IMG/VR virus record: IMGVR_UViG_3300028569_002417
Location: 62,001-126,000 of that record
Reading direction: 5' to 3' (one strand)
DNA: 64,000 nucleotides
Part shown: piece by piece, positions 46,918-57,400 of the stretch
How the letters are laid out: each line of letters opens with the position of its first letter
Numbering within the stretch: position 1 is the stretch's first letter
Made by a program: the position numbers and the translations under genes
Notes under the pieces: generated by a model
Databases searched by the model: none
Told to the model about the DNA's origin: nothing
The model's input: only the letters and a program-made list of their open reading frames with translations

Positions 46918-49452
46918 ATGTCTAATGAATTTGTAGTTAAAAAAGGCTTGATTCTAAATAATCAAGCCCCAGTTAAGTTTACAGATGCGTCTGGAACAAT
47001 CTATGTTGCTGTTCAAGCTCCAAGTGCTGTTAGTTCAGGCAATGTAAATATAACTCTACCCGGATCTTATGGTACAAGTGGTCAAATACTAGCAACCAAT
47101 TCATCTGGAACACTTTCTTGGGTCACACCAGCATCAATAACTTCTGGTTCTGTCACTTCTGGATTTATTGGTGACGCTGCTGTAGTTAGTGGATCTGTTG
47201 GAAGTGGTCAAATAGGAGCAGTTCACTTAGCGTCTGGTACTATCCCTTCTGGTTTTGCTTTATCTTCTGGATCTGTCATCTCTGGCTATATTGGTGATGC
47301 TGCTGTAGTTAGTGGAAGCATTGCTTCTGGACAAATTGGTGCTAACCACATTGCTTCTGGTGTAATTCCGACAAGTTTCAGCTTAACTTCAGGAATTGTT
47401 CAGAGTGGGAACATTGGTAACAATGCAGTAAACAGTGGAAATGTCAGTAGTGGAAGCATTGGTTTAGTTCATCTTGCAAGTGGAACTGTATTCTCTGGAA
47501 CATTTGTTGCATCTGGAACAGTACAAAGTGGATCATTAGGTAATGCTTCTGTAGTTTCTGGTAGTATCGCTAGTGGAAGCATTGGAAGTATTCATTTGGC
47601 TTCTGGAGTTTTAGTTCCGACTTATATTTCTGGAACAGCAAATCAAATTCTTGGAATCAATGCTGGAGCAACAGCAAATGAATACAAAACACTTGCTGCT
47701 GCTGGAAATATATCAATTACAAATAATCCAAATCTGGTTACAATTGGAACAACAGGTGAAGTTCCTCTTGGATATTACATTTCAGCATATTCAGATGTGA
47801 CACAAACTAATACAGGATTAGCTTCTGGCAATTTAATGACATATAATAATGTTGCCGAAGCAAATGGAATTTCAGTTAGATCTGGATCAAATGTCGTATT
47901 TGGATACCCCGGAACTTATAATATTCAGTTTTCAGCACAACTTGATAAAACAGATTCTGGATTAGATCAAATTGATATTTGGTTAAAATTAAATGGATCA
48001 AATGTTGATAACAGTAGCACAAGACTTGATTTGACTGGTAATGATGCTAAAGTAGTAGCAGCATGGAACTGGGTTTTATCTGTTTCTTCAGGCGATTATA
48101 CAGAAATTGCTTGGTATTCAGCAGATGCAGATTTAAGGTTGTATGCCGAAGCATTAATTAGCGGTCGTATTCACCCAGCCATCCCATCTGTTATCATGAC
48201 AGCTGTTCAGGTCATGAACACAAGTGCTTATGGAACAGTGACTAATGTTGATTTAAGTTTACCTAATCAATTTGTTGTAAGTGGTAATCCAGTAGTTTCT
48301 TCTGGAACATTAAGTGCTGCATGGGCATATCAACCACAAAATACATTCCTAGCTGCTCCTGCAAATACTAGTGGAACTCCAAGTTTCAGAGTTATTTCTT
48401 CTGGTGATCTTATTTCTGGACAAGTAATGTCTGGAAGCATTAGTAGCGGACAAATTGGAAGTATTCATTTAGCTTCTGGAGTTGTTGTTGGCTTTTTGAC
48501 TTCTGGAATTATAACTTCTGGAATGATTGGCTCAGGGGTAGTTTTCAACAATAATATTGCATCTGGTGGAGTTGTTAGTGGAAAACTTGCTGACGGTTCT
48601 GTTGTTTCTGGAAGCATAGCTTCTGGTCAAATTGGTGTTAGTCATTTAATTTCTGGATTAATTACAACATTAACATTAGGAAGTGGTCAGGTAACTAGTG
48701 GAAACATTGCTAGTGGAGTTGCATTTAGATTACTTTCTGGAAGTATTACTTCTGGATTTATTGGTGATAATGCTGTTGTTTCTGGAAGCATAGCATCTGG
48801 ACAGATTGGACAATTCCATCATGCTTCTGGATCGGTAACAAGTGGAAGCATTGGTAATGCTGCTGTAGTAAGCGGAAGTATAGCATCTGGGCAAATTGGT
48901 GTTAATCACTTAATTTCTGGATTAATCACAACATTGTCCCTTGGTTCTGGTCAGGTAACCAGCGGAAATATTGCTAGTGGAGTTGTGTTTAGATTGCTTT
49001 CTGGAAGTATTACTTCTGGATTTGTTGGTGATAATGCTGTAAACAGTGGAAATATTAGTTCTGGACAGATATTTACATTACATATTGCTTCAGGTGGATT
49101 ACTTTCGGGAGCAATTGGTAGTGGTCAAATTGGTTCTTTTCATTTAGCTTCTGGTGCAGTCACTTCTGGAGACATAGGTAACGCTGCTGTAGTTAGTGGA
49201 AGTATCGGATCTGGTCAGATTGGACAATTTCACTTAGCTTCTGGTGTAGGTGGTGGTGGAGCTAGTCTTACTTCAGGTTCTGTTACATCTGGATATATTG
49301 GAAATGCTGCTGTAGTAAGTGGAAGTATTGGTAGTGGACAAATTTCTTATCCGCATATAGCAGTTGCATCTGGATTTATAGCTGGTCAAATGTTGGCTAT
49401 AAGTTATTCTGGAACTCTATATTTTAGTAATATAGATGGAGGGACTTTCTAA
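46918..49452 (+). CDS. SG-repeat fibre protein with central C1q/TNF-like domain
   Basis: SG repeats; G.YNIQFSAQ..., IWL..NG, GDY.EI.W; ends IDGGTF. Confidence 0.75.
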   Translation: MSNEFVVKKGLILNNQAPVKFTDASGTIYVAVQAPSAVSSGNVNITLPGSYGTSGQILATNSSGTLSWVTPASITSGSVTSGFIGDAAVVSGSVGSGQIGAVHLASGTIPSGFALSSGSVISGYIGDAAVVSGSIASGQIGANHIASGVIPTSFSLTSGIVQSGNIGNNAVNSGNVSSGSIGLVHLASGTVFSGTFVASGTVQSGSLGNASVVSGSIASGSIGSIHLASGVLVPTYISGTANQILGINAGATANEYKTLAAAGNISITNNPNLVTIGTTGEVPLGYYISAYSDVTQTNTGLASGNLMTYNNVAEANGISVRSGSNVVFGYPGTYNIQFSAQLDKTDSGLDQIDIWLKLNGSNVDNSSTRLDLTGNDAKVVAAWNWVLSVSSGDYTEIAWYSADADLRLYAEALISGRIHPAIPSVIMTAVQVMNTSAYGTVTNVDLSLPNQFVVSGNPVVSSGTLSAAWAYQPQNTFLAAPANTSGTPSFRVISSGDLISGQVMSGSISSGQIGSIHLASGVVVGFLTSGIITSGMIGSGVVFNNNIASGGVVSGKLADGSVVSGSIASGQIGVSHLISGLITTLTLGSGQVTSGNIASGVAFRLLSGSITSGFIGDNAVVSGSIASGQIGQFHHASGSVTSGSIGNAAVVSGSIASGQIGVNHLISGLITTLSLGSGQVTSGNIASGVVFRLLSGSITSGFVGDNAVNSGNISSGQIFTLHIASGGLLSGAIGSGQIGSFHLASGAVTSGDIGNAAVVSGSIGSGQIGQFHLASGVGGGGASLTSGSVTSGYIGNAAVVSGSIGSGQISYPHIAVASGFIAGQMLAISYSGTLYFSNIDGGTF

Positions 49453-50030
49453 TGAGAAAAATTGGAGTCTTAATTTTAGGAACATATAGATCAGGCACCA
49501 GTGTTACTGCTGGTGTAATGCATCATTTAGGATTTGACACAAATTCAAAGACGGCAGAAGAAGAAAATTCAAAATTTAATCCAACCGGATCTTTTTCAGA
49601 CAAACATTTCCACATACCAGTAAAAATTGACTTTCAAGAATATTTTTTAATCAAAAATAAATTTGATTTGTGGGCATGTAAAAGTCATTTGTTTTTTCAA
49701 AACAATTTAATTGAAGATTATAAGAAAAATTTTCCAGAAGATAGAGAATCTTGGTTGATAGTAACCGACAGACAAACTCAAAATTCAATTGATTCGTTCA
49801 CATCAGTTAGCGGTGGTCGTGATTTATCATCTGAAATAAACAAACAAAAGAAAATTTGCCAAGAAACATATGATTCATGGGATAGCGACAAAAAAATAAT
49901 TGTAAATTTTAATGAACTTAAAAATAATACTTTTGAAACTATAAAAAACATTTGCTCTAAATTAAATGTAAATTTTGTAGAAGAATCACAAAATCATGTT
50001 CAAGCTAATTTAAGCAAGTTTGGGGAATAA
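49452..50030 (+). CDS. Sulfotransferase-like P-loop protein
   Basis: ILG..RSGTS..AG..H.LG, NP.G.F, K.H, S..S, F.EL. Confidence 0.75.
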   Translation: MRKIGVLILGTYRSGTSVTAGVMHHLGFDTNSKTAEEENSKFNPTGSFSDKHFHIPVKIDFQEYFLIKNKFDLWACKSHLFFQNNLIEDYKKNFPEDRESWLIVTDRQTQNSIDSFTSVSGGRDLSSEINKQKKICQETYDSWDSDKKIIVNFNELKNNTFETIKNICSKLNVNFVEESQNHVQANLSKFGE

Positions 50031-50032
50031 AA

Positions 50033-52213
50033 ATGGCACAAACACATCATTACCTATTTGATACGGCTACTGGGTTTAATGACAGTACTGGAAGCGACAA
50101 TTTCGTAAACACAACGGGGACTATTGACGCTTCTGGCAAAATTAATCAAGGTTTTCGTTTTGAATACTTGGGTATGATACCAACAAGCACAGCAAATAAC
50201 TTGTTGCCAACATCTGGCGCATTTACAATAGCTTTTTGGATGAACGAAAACTTTGGTGGTGCTGGTCTTCTTTTGTTCACTGTCGGAGACATGAGTGTTG
50301 CAGTTTACGGAAAAAGTAGTGAAATAGGAGTTTATCAGACTGGATCTGGTACTTTTTATTTCCCCAGAACTAGCGGCTCTTATACTCATTACATCATAAG
50401 TACAAATGGATCTGGAACTTGGACAGTTTATAAAAATAATGTCTCACAAACATTAACAGGTGCTTCAAGTTGGACACCAAACGCCACAACATATAACTCT
50501 ACTAGTGATTTTAGTTTTAATGGTGGATCAAATGGCGATCCAGTATTCATAGACGATCTTAGAATTTATAACGAAGTCATAGATGCCACAGAACGAGCAT
50601 TCATCTATAATTCTGGCACAGGTACACAATCTGATAGTGGTGGTGGCGGTGGAGGATCAGCAACACAACTTAGCGTTACGACACAACCAACAAGATCTTA
50701 TTCAACAAGAAACATTCCAACTCAACCAGTTATAAATCTTCTCACAAGTGGTGGGACAGTTGATGGTGCAGCTACAAATACAGTTTTTGCAAATGTTGTT
50801 TCTGGTGCTGGTACTATCGGTGGTAGTACAAGTGTATCTGCAACTAGTGGTGTTGCTACATTTTCTGGATTAAGCGTTACTGGATTTGGTCCTATTGGAC
50901 TAGGTTTTACCGCATCTGGATTAACAGCAGCTTATGCTACCAGTTTCTTAGTAGACATACCTGTTCCCATTAGACCAATAAGGTCTGAAACTTCTGGATT
51001 AGTTCCAACTTCTGGTCAACTTCAAATTGGTGAATTAGCAATAAACATAGTTGATCAAAAAGGTTATGTTAAAAAAACAGATGGAACAATTGCCACAGTT
51101 TGGCAACCATCAACTCTTACTTCTGGTTCTGTCACTTCTGGATTCATAGGTAACGCTGCTGTAGTCAGCGGAAGTGTCGGCTCTGGACAAATTGGACAAT
51201 TTCATCTTGCTAGCGGAGTTGGAGGCAGTTCTAGCCTTACTTCAGGACAAGTAGTTAGTGGAAATATTGGAAATAATTCAGTTAACTCTGGAAATATCAG
51301 TTCAGGACAGATTGGAACATTTCATCTGGCATCTGGCACATTTTCTTCAGGTCAATTCTTTGTTTCAGGAGCAGTTACATCTGGCGATGTAACTATAAAC
51401 GGCATTTCAATTGGTAGAGGTCTAAGTAACGAGGAAACAAATACAGTTATTGGAAACACTGATGTTTATCCTGCATCTGGAGGTCAAAATGTTTATATTG
51501 GCTATGAAGTTGGAAATTACACTTCTGGACTAGGCGCAAATGTCGTCATTGGCGGATTGGCTGCTCGATATCAAAGAGAGTTGAATCAATCAGTTATTAT
51601 TGGTAGCTTAGTTGCGATTTCGTCTGGAACATTAAACAATGCGACAATTATTGGTGCCAGTGCTGCAATTAATGTTCAATCTGGTATAAATACAACAATT
51701 TTGGGAACATCGGCAGGATCAGATACGTTTCTGAGTGGCAAGGTTACCTCATTATCAAACTGTCTTTTACTTGGCGCATTTGCATCACCTAAATTTCCGT
51801 CAGAAAGCGATTCCATAGCTATTGGTCAAGCTGCAACAACAGAAGGCTCTCAAACCCTAGTAATTGGAACTTCTGTAATTATTTCAGGTACAATTCACGG
51901 TAATATAAATTTCCCCAAAGGCATAAGAATTGGCGGAACAACAGCAAGCATTACATCCGGTGGTTTGCTTACTGCAACACTAGCCTCTGGCATTGTCACT
52001 TCTGGATCAATTGGCAACGGAAGTGTATTTTCCGGGTCGATTGCAAGCGGACAAATAGGCAAATACAGTTTAACAAGTGGTCTTGTCCCATCTTTTACAA
52101 TTAGCGCATCTACTCCATCTAGCCCACTTTATGGTGATAGGTGGTTCGATACAAATACAGGAACATTACTAACTTATATTTATGATGGTGCTACAGCACA
52201 ATGGGTCCAGTAA
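50033..52213 (+). CDS. Mosaic fibre protein (LamG + Ig-like + GELAIN anchor motif + SG repeats + beta-helix)
   Basis: IDDLRIYN; L...TQP...GVATFSGL; RS...G.VP....L..GELAIN; N..IG repeats; GD.WFDT. Confidence 0.75.
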   Translation: MAQTHHYLFDTATGFNDSTGSDNFVNTTGTIDASGKINQGFRFEYLGMIPTSTANNLLPTSGAFTIAFWMNENFGGAGLLLFTVGDMSVAVYGKSSEIGVYQTGSGTFYFPRTSGSYTHYIISTNGSGTWTVYKNNVSQTLTGASSWTPNATTYNSTSDFSFNGGSNGDPVFIDDLRIYNEVIDATERAFIYNSGTGTQSDSGGGGGGSATQLSVTTQPTRSYSTRNIPTQPVINLLTSGGTVDGAATNTVFANVVSGAGTIGGSTSVSATSGVATFSGLSVTGFGPIGLGFTASGLTAAYATSFLVDIPVPIRPIRSETSGLVPTSGQLQIGELAINIVDQKGYVKKTDGTIATVWQPSTLTSGSVTSGFIGNAAVVSGSVGSGQIGQFHLASGVGGSSSLTSGQVVSGNIGNNSVNSGNISSGQIGTFHLASGTFSSGQFFVSGAVTSGDVTINGISIGRGLSNEETNTVIGNTDVYPASGGQNVYIGYEVGNYTSGLGANVVIGGLAARYQRELNQSVIIGSLVAISSGTLNNATIIGASAAINVQSGINTTILGTSAGSDTFLSGKVTSLSNCLLLGAFASPKFPSESDSIAIGQAATTEGSQTLVIGTSVIISGTIHGNINFPKGIRIGGTTASITSGGLLTATLASGIVTSGSIGNGSVFSGSIASGQIGKYSLTSGLVPSFTISASTPSSPLYGDRWFDTNTGTLLTYIYDGATAQWVQ

Positions 52214-52229
52214 AAATTTAGGATAAAAA

Positions 52230-54464
52230 ATGCCAATTAGTTTTCCATCATCACCAACTTCAGGACAAAGATATGAATTCAGCTTCAATGCTTGGATTTA
52301 TAATGGTACATTTTGGCGTTCAACTAACGCCTCTGGAAGCATTACAAGCGGTCAGTTGGGCGACAATGTTATATTCAGCGGTAATATCGCCTCTGGGCAG
52401 GTAGGACAGTACCATCTTGCTAGTGGAGTAGGTGGTGGAGGCGGAGGTAGCCTTACCTCTGGACAAGTCCAGTCGGGGAATATAGGTAACAATTCCGTCA
52501 CAAGCGGCAACATCGCTTCTGGTCAGGTGGGACAGTACCACATTGCCAGCGGAGCAATTGTTCTTTCTTCTGGTCAAGTCCAGTCGGGGAATATTGGCGA
52601 CAATGCAATATTTAGCGGTAATATTGCAATTGGACAAATTGGTTTTTTCCATTTAGCGAGTGGAACACTTGAATTGAGTTCTGGGCAGGTCACAAGTGGC
52701 GAAATTGGCAATAATGCAGTCTTGAGTGGCAACATCGCTTCGGGTCAGGTGGGACAATTTCACATTGCAAGTGGAGCAATTGTTTTATATTCTGGACAAA
52801 TTCAGTCTGGAAATGTGGGCGATAATGCTATATTAAGCGGAAATATTGCATCAGGACAGGTAGGACAATTTCATGTATCAAGTGGAGCCATTACTGTTTC
52901 CTCTGGTCAAGTTCAAAGTGGAAATATTGGCAACAATGCGGTCCTGAGTGGTTCAATTTCTTCGGGTCAGATAGGTCAGTTTCATCTTTCAAGTGGTTCT
53001 GTGACGAGTGGAGCCATAGCCTCTGGTCAAATATTCTCGTTTCACATTGGAAGTGGCGCTGTTCAAAGTGGACAATTAGGTAGCGGACAAGTAGGTTATC
53101 CTCACATTGCCTCAGGAGCAATCACATCAGGCAAGCTGGCGGCAGGCGCTGTGCTAAGTGGAAACTTGGCTTCAGGTCAATTCGGCGGTTTGCATCTGGT
53201 TTCAGGTGCTGTTCAGAATTTTCACATACAGTCGGGTCAAATTTTTGATTATCATATTTTGTCTGGTGCTGTCATAAGTGGAAAATTATCACTAAACGCA
53301 GTTTTAAGTGGAAACATTGCTTCGGGAAATATCGACTGGATTCATATTGCCAACGCTGGTGTGAGAAGCGGAAACATAGCCAGTGGTCAAATCGGCGCTC
53401 CTCACTTGGCAAGCGGTGCAGTCAGAAGCGGAGCCATAGCATCAGGTCAAATCGGACAATTTCACATTTCGTCGGGAGCAATATCAAGTGGTAAAATAAG
53501 TTCAGGATCTATTCTTAGTGGAAATATAGCAAGTGGTCAAATCGGTAGCGGTCACCTAGCGGCAGGTGTCGTCCTTGGGGCTAATATAAAATCAGGCGAT
53601 ATTAAGTCAGGCATGGTTGGAGACGGCGCTGTATTTAATTTTAACATTGCCTCAGGTCAAATATTCAATAACAACATAGCATCAGGCGTTATCTTCAACA
53701 CAAATTTGGGATCAGGTTCTGTAACAAGTGGTGCCATAGCTTCAGGTCAAATTGGACAATTTCATCTTGCCAACAACTCTGTAAGAAGTGGAAATATTGC
53801 CAGCGGTCAGGTCGGTGGTTTTCATATTTCAAGTGGAACTTTTATAAGTGGAGTAATCGCAAGTGGAATTATAGGTTCGGTTCACCTGAGTTCAGGAGCC
53901 TTGTCAAGTGGTCAAATCGGCAGTGGTCAGATAGGCACATTCCATCTTGCGAGTTCATCTATTATTGGAGCCAATATTGGTTCAGGTCAAATTGACACTG
54001 TTCATATTTCTCCTACTGCTGTTGCTTTGCAGGCTTACAGATTGATGACAACAACTTTTAATGCTGGCGAGCTTATTTCTGGAATAAAATCTGTTTGTAT
54101 CGGTTCTGGTGGTGTGATTTTATTAGCTCAATGTGGTAGTGGATTGAGATTACCAGCAATAGGTGTCACTATGAGTGGAGCTTTAAGTGGAACTGCGTGT
54201 TCTGTTGTTTCTTACGGAAGAATATTTAGTGCTGCTTCTGGGATGATTGCAAGTGGATTTGAAGGTAACTTACTTTATGTTGGTTCTGGCGGAATTGTTG
54301 TGAACAGAAGTGGCTTTACTATTGGTGGTGTTTTGTCAGCACCGGGACTTTCTGGTGATATGCAGCAGTCAATCGGCGTGTATGTTAGTGGCGGAATGTT
54401 TGTTATGCCAAGCTTGTGCGTCCACAGAAGTGGATTTGCAAACAACTTACCTTATGATGTTTAA
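52230..54464 (+). CDS. SG pentapeptide-repeat fibre protein (744 aa)
   Basis: Nearly continuous SGNIA-SGQIG-xxHLA repeats; termini shared with the next gene. Confidence 0.8.
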   Translation: MPISFPSSPTSGQRYEFSFNAWIYNGTFWRSTNASGSITSGQLGDNVIFSGNIASGQVGQYHLASGVGGGGGGSLTSGQVQSGNIGNNSVTSGNIASGQVGQYHIASGAIVLSSGQVQSGNIGDNAIFSGNIAIGQIGFFHLASGTLELSSGQVTSGEIGNNAVLSGNIASGQVGQFHIASGAIVLYSGQIQSGNVGDNAILSGNIASGQVGQFHVSSGAITVSSGQVQSGNIGNNAVLSGSISSGQIGQFHLSSGSVTSGAIASGQIFSFHIGSGAVQSGQLGSGQVGYPHIASGAITSGKLAAGAVLSGNLASGQFGGLHLVSGAVQNFHIQSGQIFDYHILSGAVISGKLSLNAVLSGNIASGNIDWIHIANAGVRSGNIASGQIGAPHLASGAVRSGAIASGQIGQFHISSGAISSGKISSGSILSGNIASGQIGSGHLAAGVVLGANIKSGDIKSGMVGDGAVFNFNIASGQIFNNNIASGVIFNTNLGSGSVTSGAIASGQIGQFHLANNSVRSGNIASGQVGGFHISSGTFISGVIASGIIGSVHLSSGALSSGQIGSGQIGTFHLASSSIIGANIGSGQIDTVHISPTAVALQAYRLMTTTFNAGELISGIKSVCIGSGGVILLAQCGSGLRLPAIGVTMSGALSGTACSVVSYGRIFSAASGMIASGFEGNLLYVGSGGIVVNRSGFTIGGVLSAPGLSGDMQQSIGVYVSGGMFVMPSLCVHRSGFANNLPYDV

Positions 54465-54477
54465 GAGAATATAAAAA

Positions 54478-57400
54478 ATGCCAATCAGCTTTCCATCTTC
54501 GCCTTCATCTGGACAAAGATATGAGTTCAGCTTCAACGCTTGGACTTATAATGGTACATTTTGGCAATCGACGGGATCTTCTGGCCAAATTACCAGTGGT
54601 GCAATAGGCGACAATGTAATTTTTAGTGGCAATATTGCCAGTGGAAGTATTAGTGCTTTTAATTTAGCTAGTGGAGTAGGTGGTTCCAGTCTTGTTCTGA
54701 CAAGTGGTTCAATTACATCTGGTTTTATTGGAAATGATGCAGTAACAAGCGGAAACATCGCATCAGGTCAGGTGGGTCGAGTCCAAATAAATGATTATAA
54801 TGTGGGAACTAATCTCTCCAAAATAAGAGATGGAATAAAAGGATATTTTGCTGGTGGAAGTACTGGAGATTATGTTGCAACAGCAGACAAATTAACATAT
54901 TCGACTGACACGACTGCTGCACAAACCACTGCGAATATAAGTCAAGCAAGAGAGCAATTAGCAGGAATTTCAGAAGGATCAACAAAAGGTTATTTTGCTG
55001 GTGGAATTAATGCAGGAGGTTTTATTGCAACAGCAGATAAAATAACATATTCAAATGATACGACTATAGCACAAACCACTGCAAATTTAAGTAAAGAAAG
55101 ACAAGGATTGGCTGGTTGTTCTGGACAAGGAACAAAAGGTTATTTTGCTGGTGGATCTAGTGGTGCACTTGTTGCAACAGCAGACAAATTAACATATTCG
55201 ACTGACACGACTGCTGCACAAACCACTGCGAATATAAGTCAAGCAAGAGAGCAATTAGCAGGAATTTCAGAAGGATCAACAAAAGGTTATTTTGCTGGTG
55301 GTCGTAGTAGTTTAACCCAGTACAGCACAACGGATAAGATATTATATTCCACAGATACAACTGCTGCACAAACAACAGCCAATCTAAGTCAAGCAAGACG
55401 ACAATTGGCTGGATGCGATGGAGAAGGAAAAAAAGGCTATTTTGCTGGTGGGAATGGTCCTGTGGCAACAGCAGACAAATTAACATATTCCACAGACATA
55501 ACTGTCGCCCAAACAACAGCAAATTTAAGTCAAGCAAAAAATAGTTTAGCAGGTTGTTCTGGAGAAGGAACAAAAGGATTCTTTGCTGGTGGGACTACTG
55601 GTGCCACGCCTATCGCAACAGCAGATAAAATAACATATTCAACTGATACAACTATAGCACAAACAAGTGCTAATTTAAGTCAAGCAAGATTTAACTTGGC
55701 AGGTGTTGGAAATAATTATTCAACAGTATTTGGAGATAATTGCGTTTTTTCTGGCAATATTTCTTCAAGCGAAATTGGATCAATTCATTTTGGATTCTCG
55801 TATCCAACTAGCGGTTCAATTAAATCAGGCAATATCGGCGACAATTCTGTAAATTCTGGAAATATTGGTAGTGGACAAGTTGGAAGATTTCATATAAGTT
55901 ATTTTAATCCGGGTAATAATTTAGCTTTAGTTAGAGGTGGAATAAAAGGTTATTTTGCTGGTGGATATATTGCTGGTGGTGTTGCAACAGCAAATAAATT
56001 AACATATTCAACAGACACAACTACAGTTCAAGCAACAGCAAATTTAAGTCAGTCAAGAGGTTTTTTGGCAGGTTGTTCTGGAGAAGGATCAAAAGGTTAT
56101 TTTGCTGGTGGATCTAATGACGCATCTACAGCATTAGCAACGGCAGATATAGTATCATATTTAACAGATACAACTGCTGCTCAAACAAGTGCAAATCTAA
56201 GTCAAGCAAGATATATATTAGCTGGTTGTTCTGGAGAAAAAACAAAAGGTTATTTTGCTGGTGGAAACACAGGTGCTGCTGTTGCAACAGCAGACAAATT
56301 AACATATTCAACTGACACAACTGCCGCTCAAGCAAGTGCAAATCTAAGTCAAGCGAGAGGATACTTAGCAGGAGTTTCTGAAGGATCAACAAAAGGTTAT
56401 TTTGCTGGTGGATCTACATCTGATGAATCTGGTGTAGCATTATTAACAGCAGATAAATTAACATATTCAACAGACACAACCGCTGCCCAAACATCAGCTA
56501 ATCTAAGTCAAGCAAGATCAGGATTAGCAGGTTGTGACGGAGATGGAATAAAAGGTTATTTTGCTGGTGGATATACTAGCAACTATGTTGCAACATCAGA
56601 TAAATTAACATATTCAACAGACACAACCGCTGCCCAAACATCAGCTAATCTAAGTCAAGCAAGATTATCTTTGGCTGGAATTTCAGAAGGATTAACAAAA
56701 GGTTATTTTGCTGGTGGAAACATAGGTTCAAGTGTTGCAACAGCAGACAAATTAACATATTCAACTGACACAACTATTGCCCAAACAACTGCAAATCTAA
56801 GTCAAGCAAGAGCACAATTGGCTGGAGCAAGTCAAGAATTCACTAGTGTATTTGGCAACAATTCAATAACTTCTGGCAACATATCATCTGGTCAAATTGG
56901 ACAATTTCATTTTTTATCTGGAGTTATACGAACTGCAACGAATATCGTAAACAGTGGAAATTTTGGTGATTCTTCCGTTAATTCAGGAAACATTGCATCA
57001 GGAGTTGTATCCCAATTTAATTTTTCTGATTCTTCTATTTACTCTGATTCAGTAAGAAGCGGAAACGTATCAACATTTAAGTTCGCCAATAATGCCGTTT
57101 TCAGCGGAAATATAAGTAGTAGCAATACAATAACAACTGTAAACTTAGCTTCAGGAGGCGTGCGGAGTGGTGCATTTGGTGACAATGCAATAAGTAGTGG
57201 AGATATTCTCAGCGGTAGAATCACCAGAGATAACATCAGTAGCGGAGCATTCCAATCATTTAATATTGCGAGCGGATCAATAAGCACTGTGAAACTGGCA
57301 AGCGGAGCAGCAGTAGGCGCATTCAACCTTGCAAGCGGAATTGTCGTGAGCGGAAACATTGCTTCTGGCTCTATATTTTTTACCCCATTTATTGATGGAG

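Noticed and set aside
40410-54464. Collagen-like repeats
   Set aside because: Gly periodicity is 5, not 3
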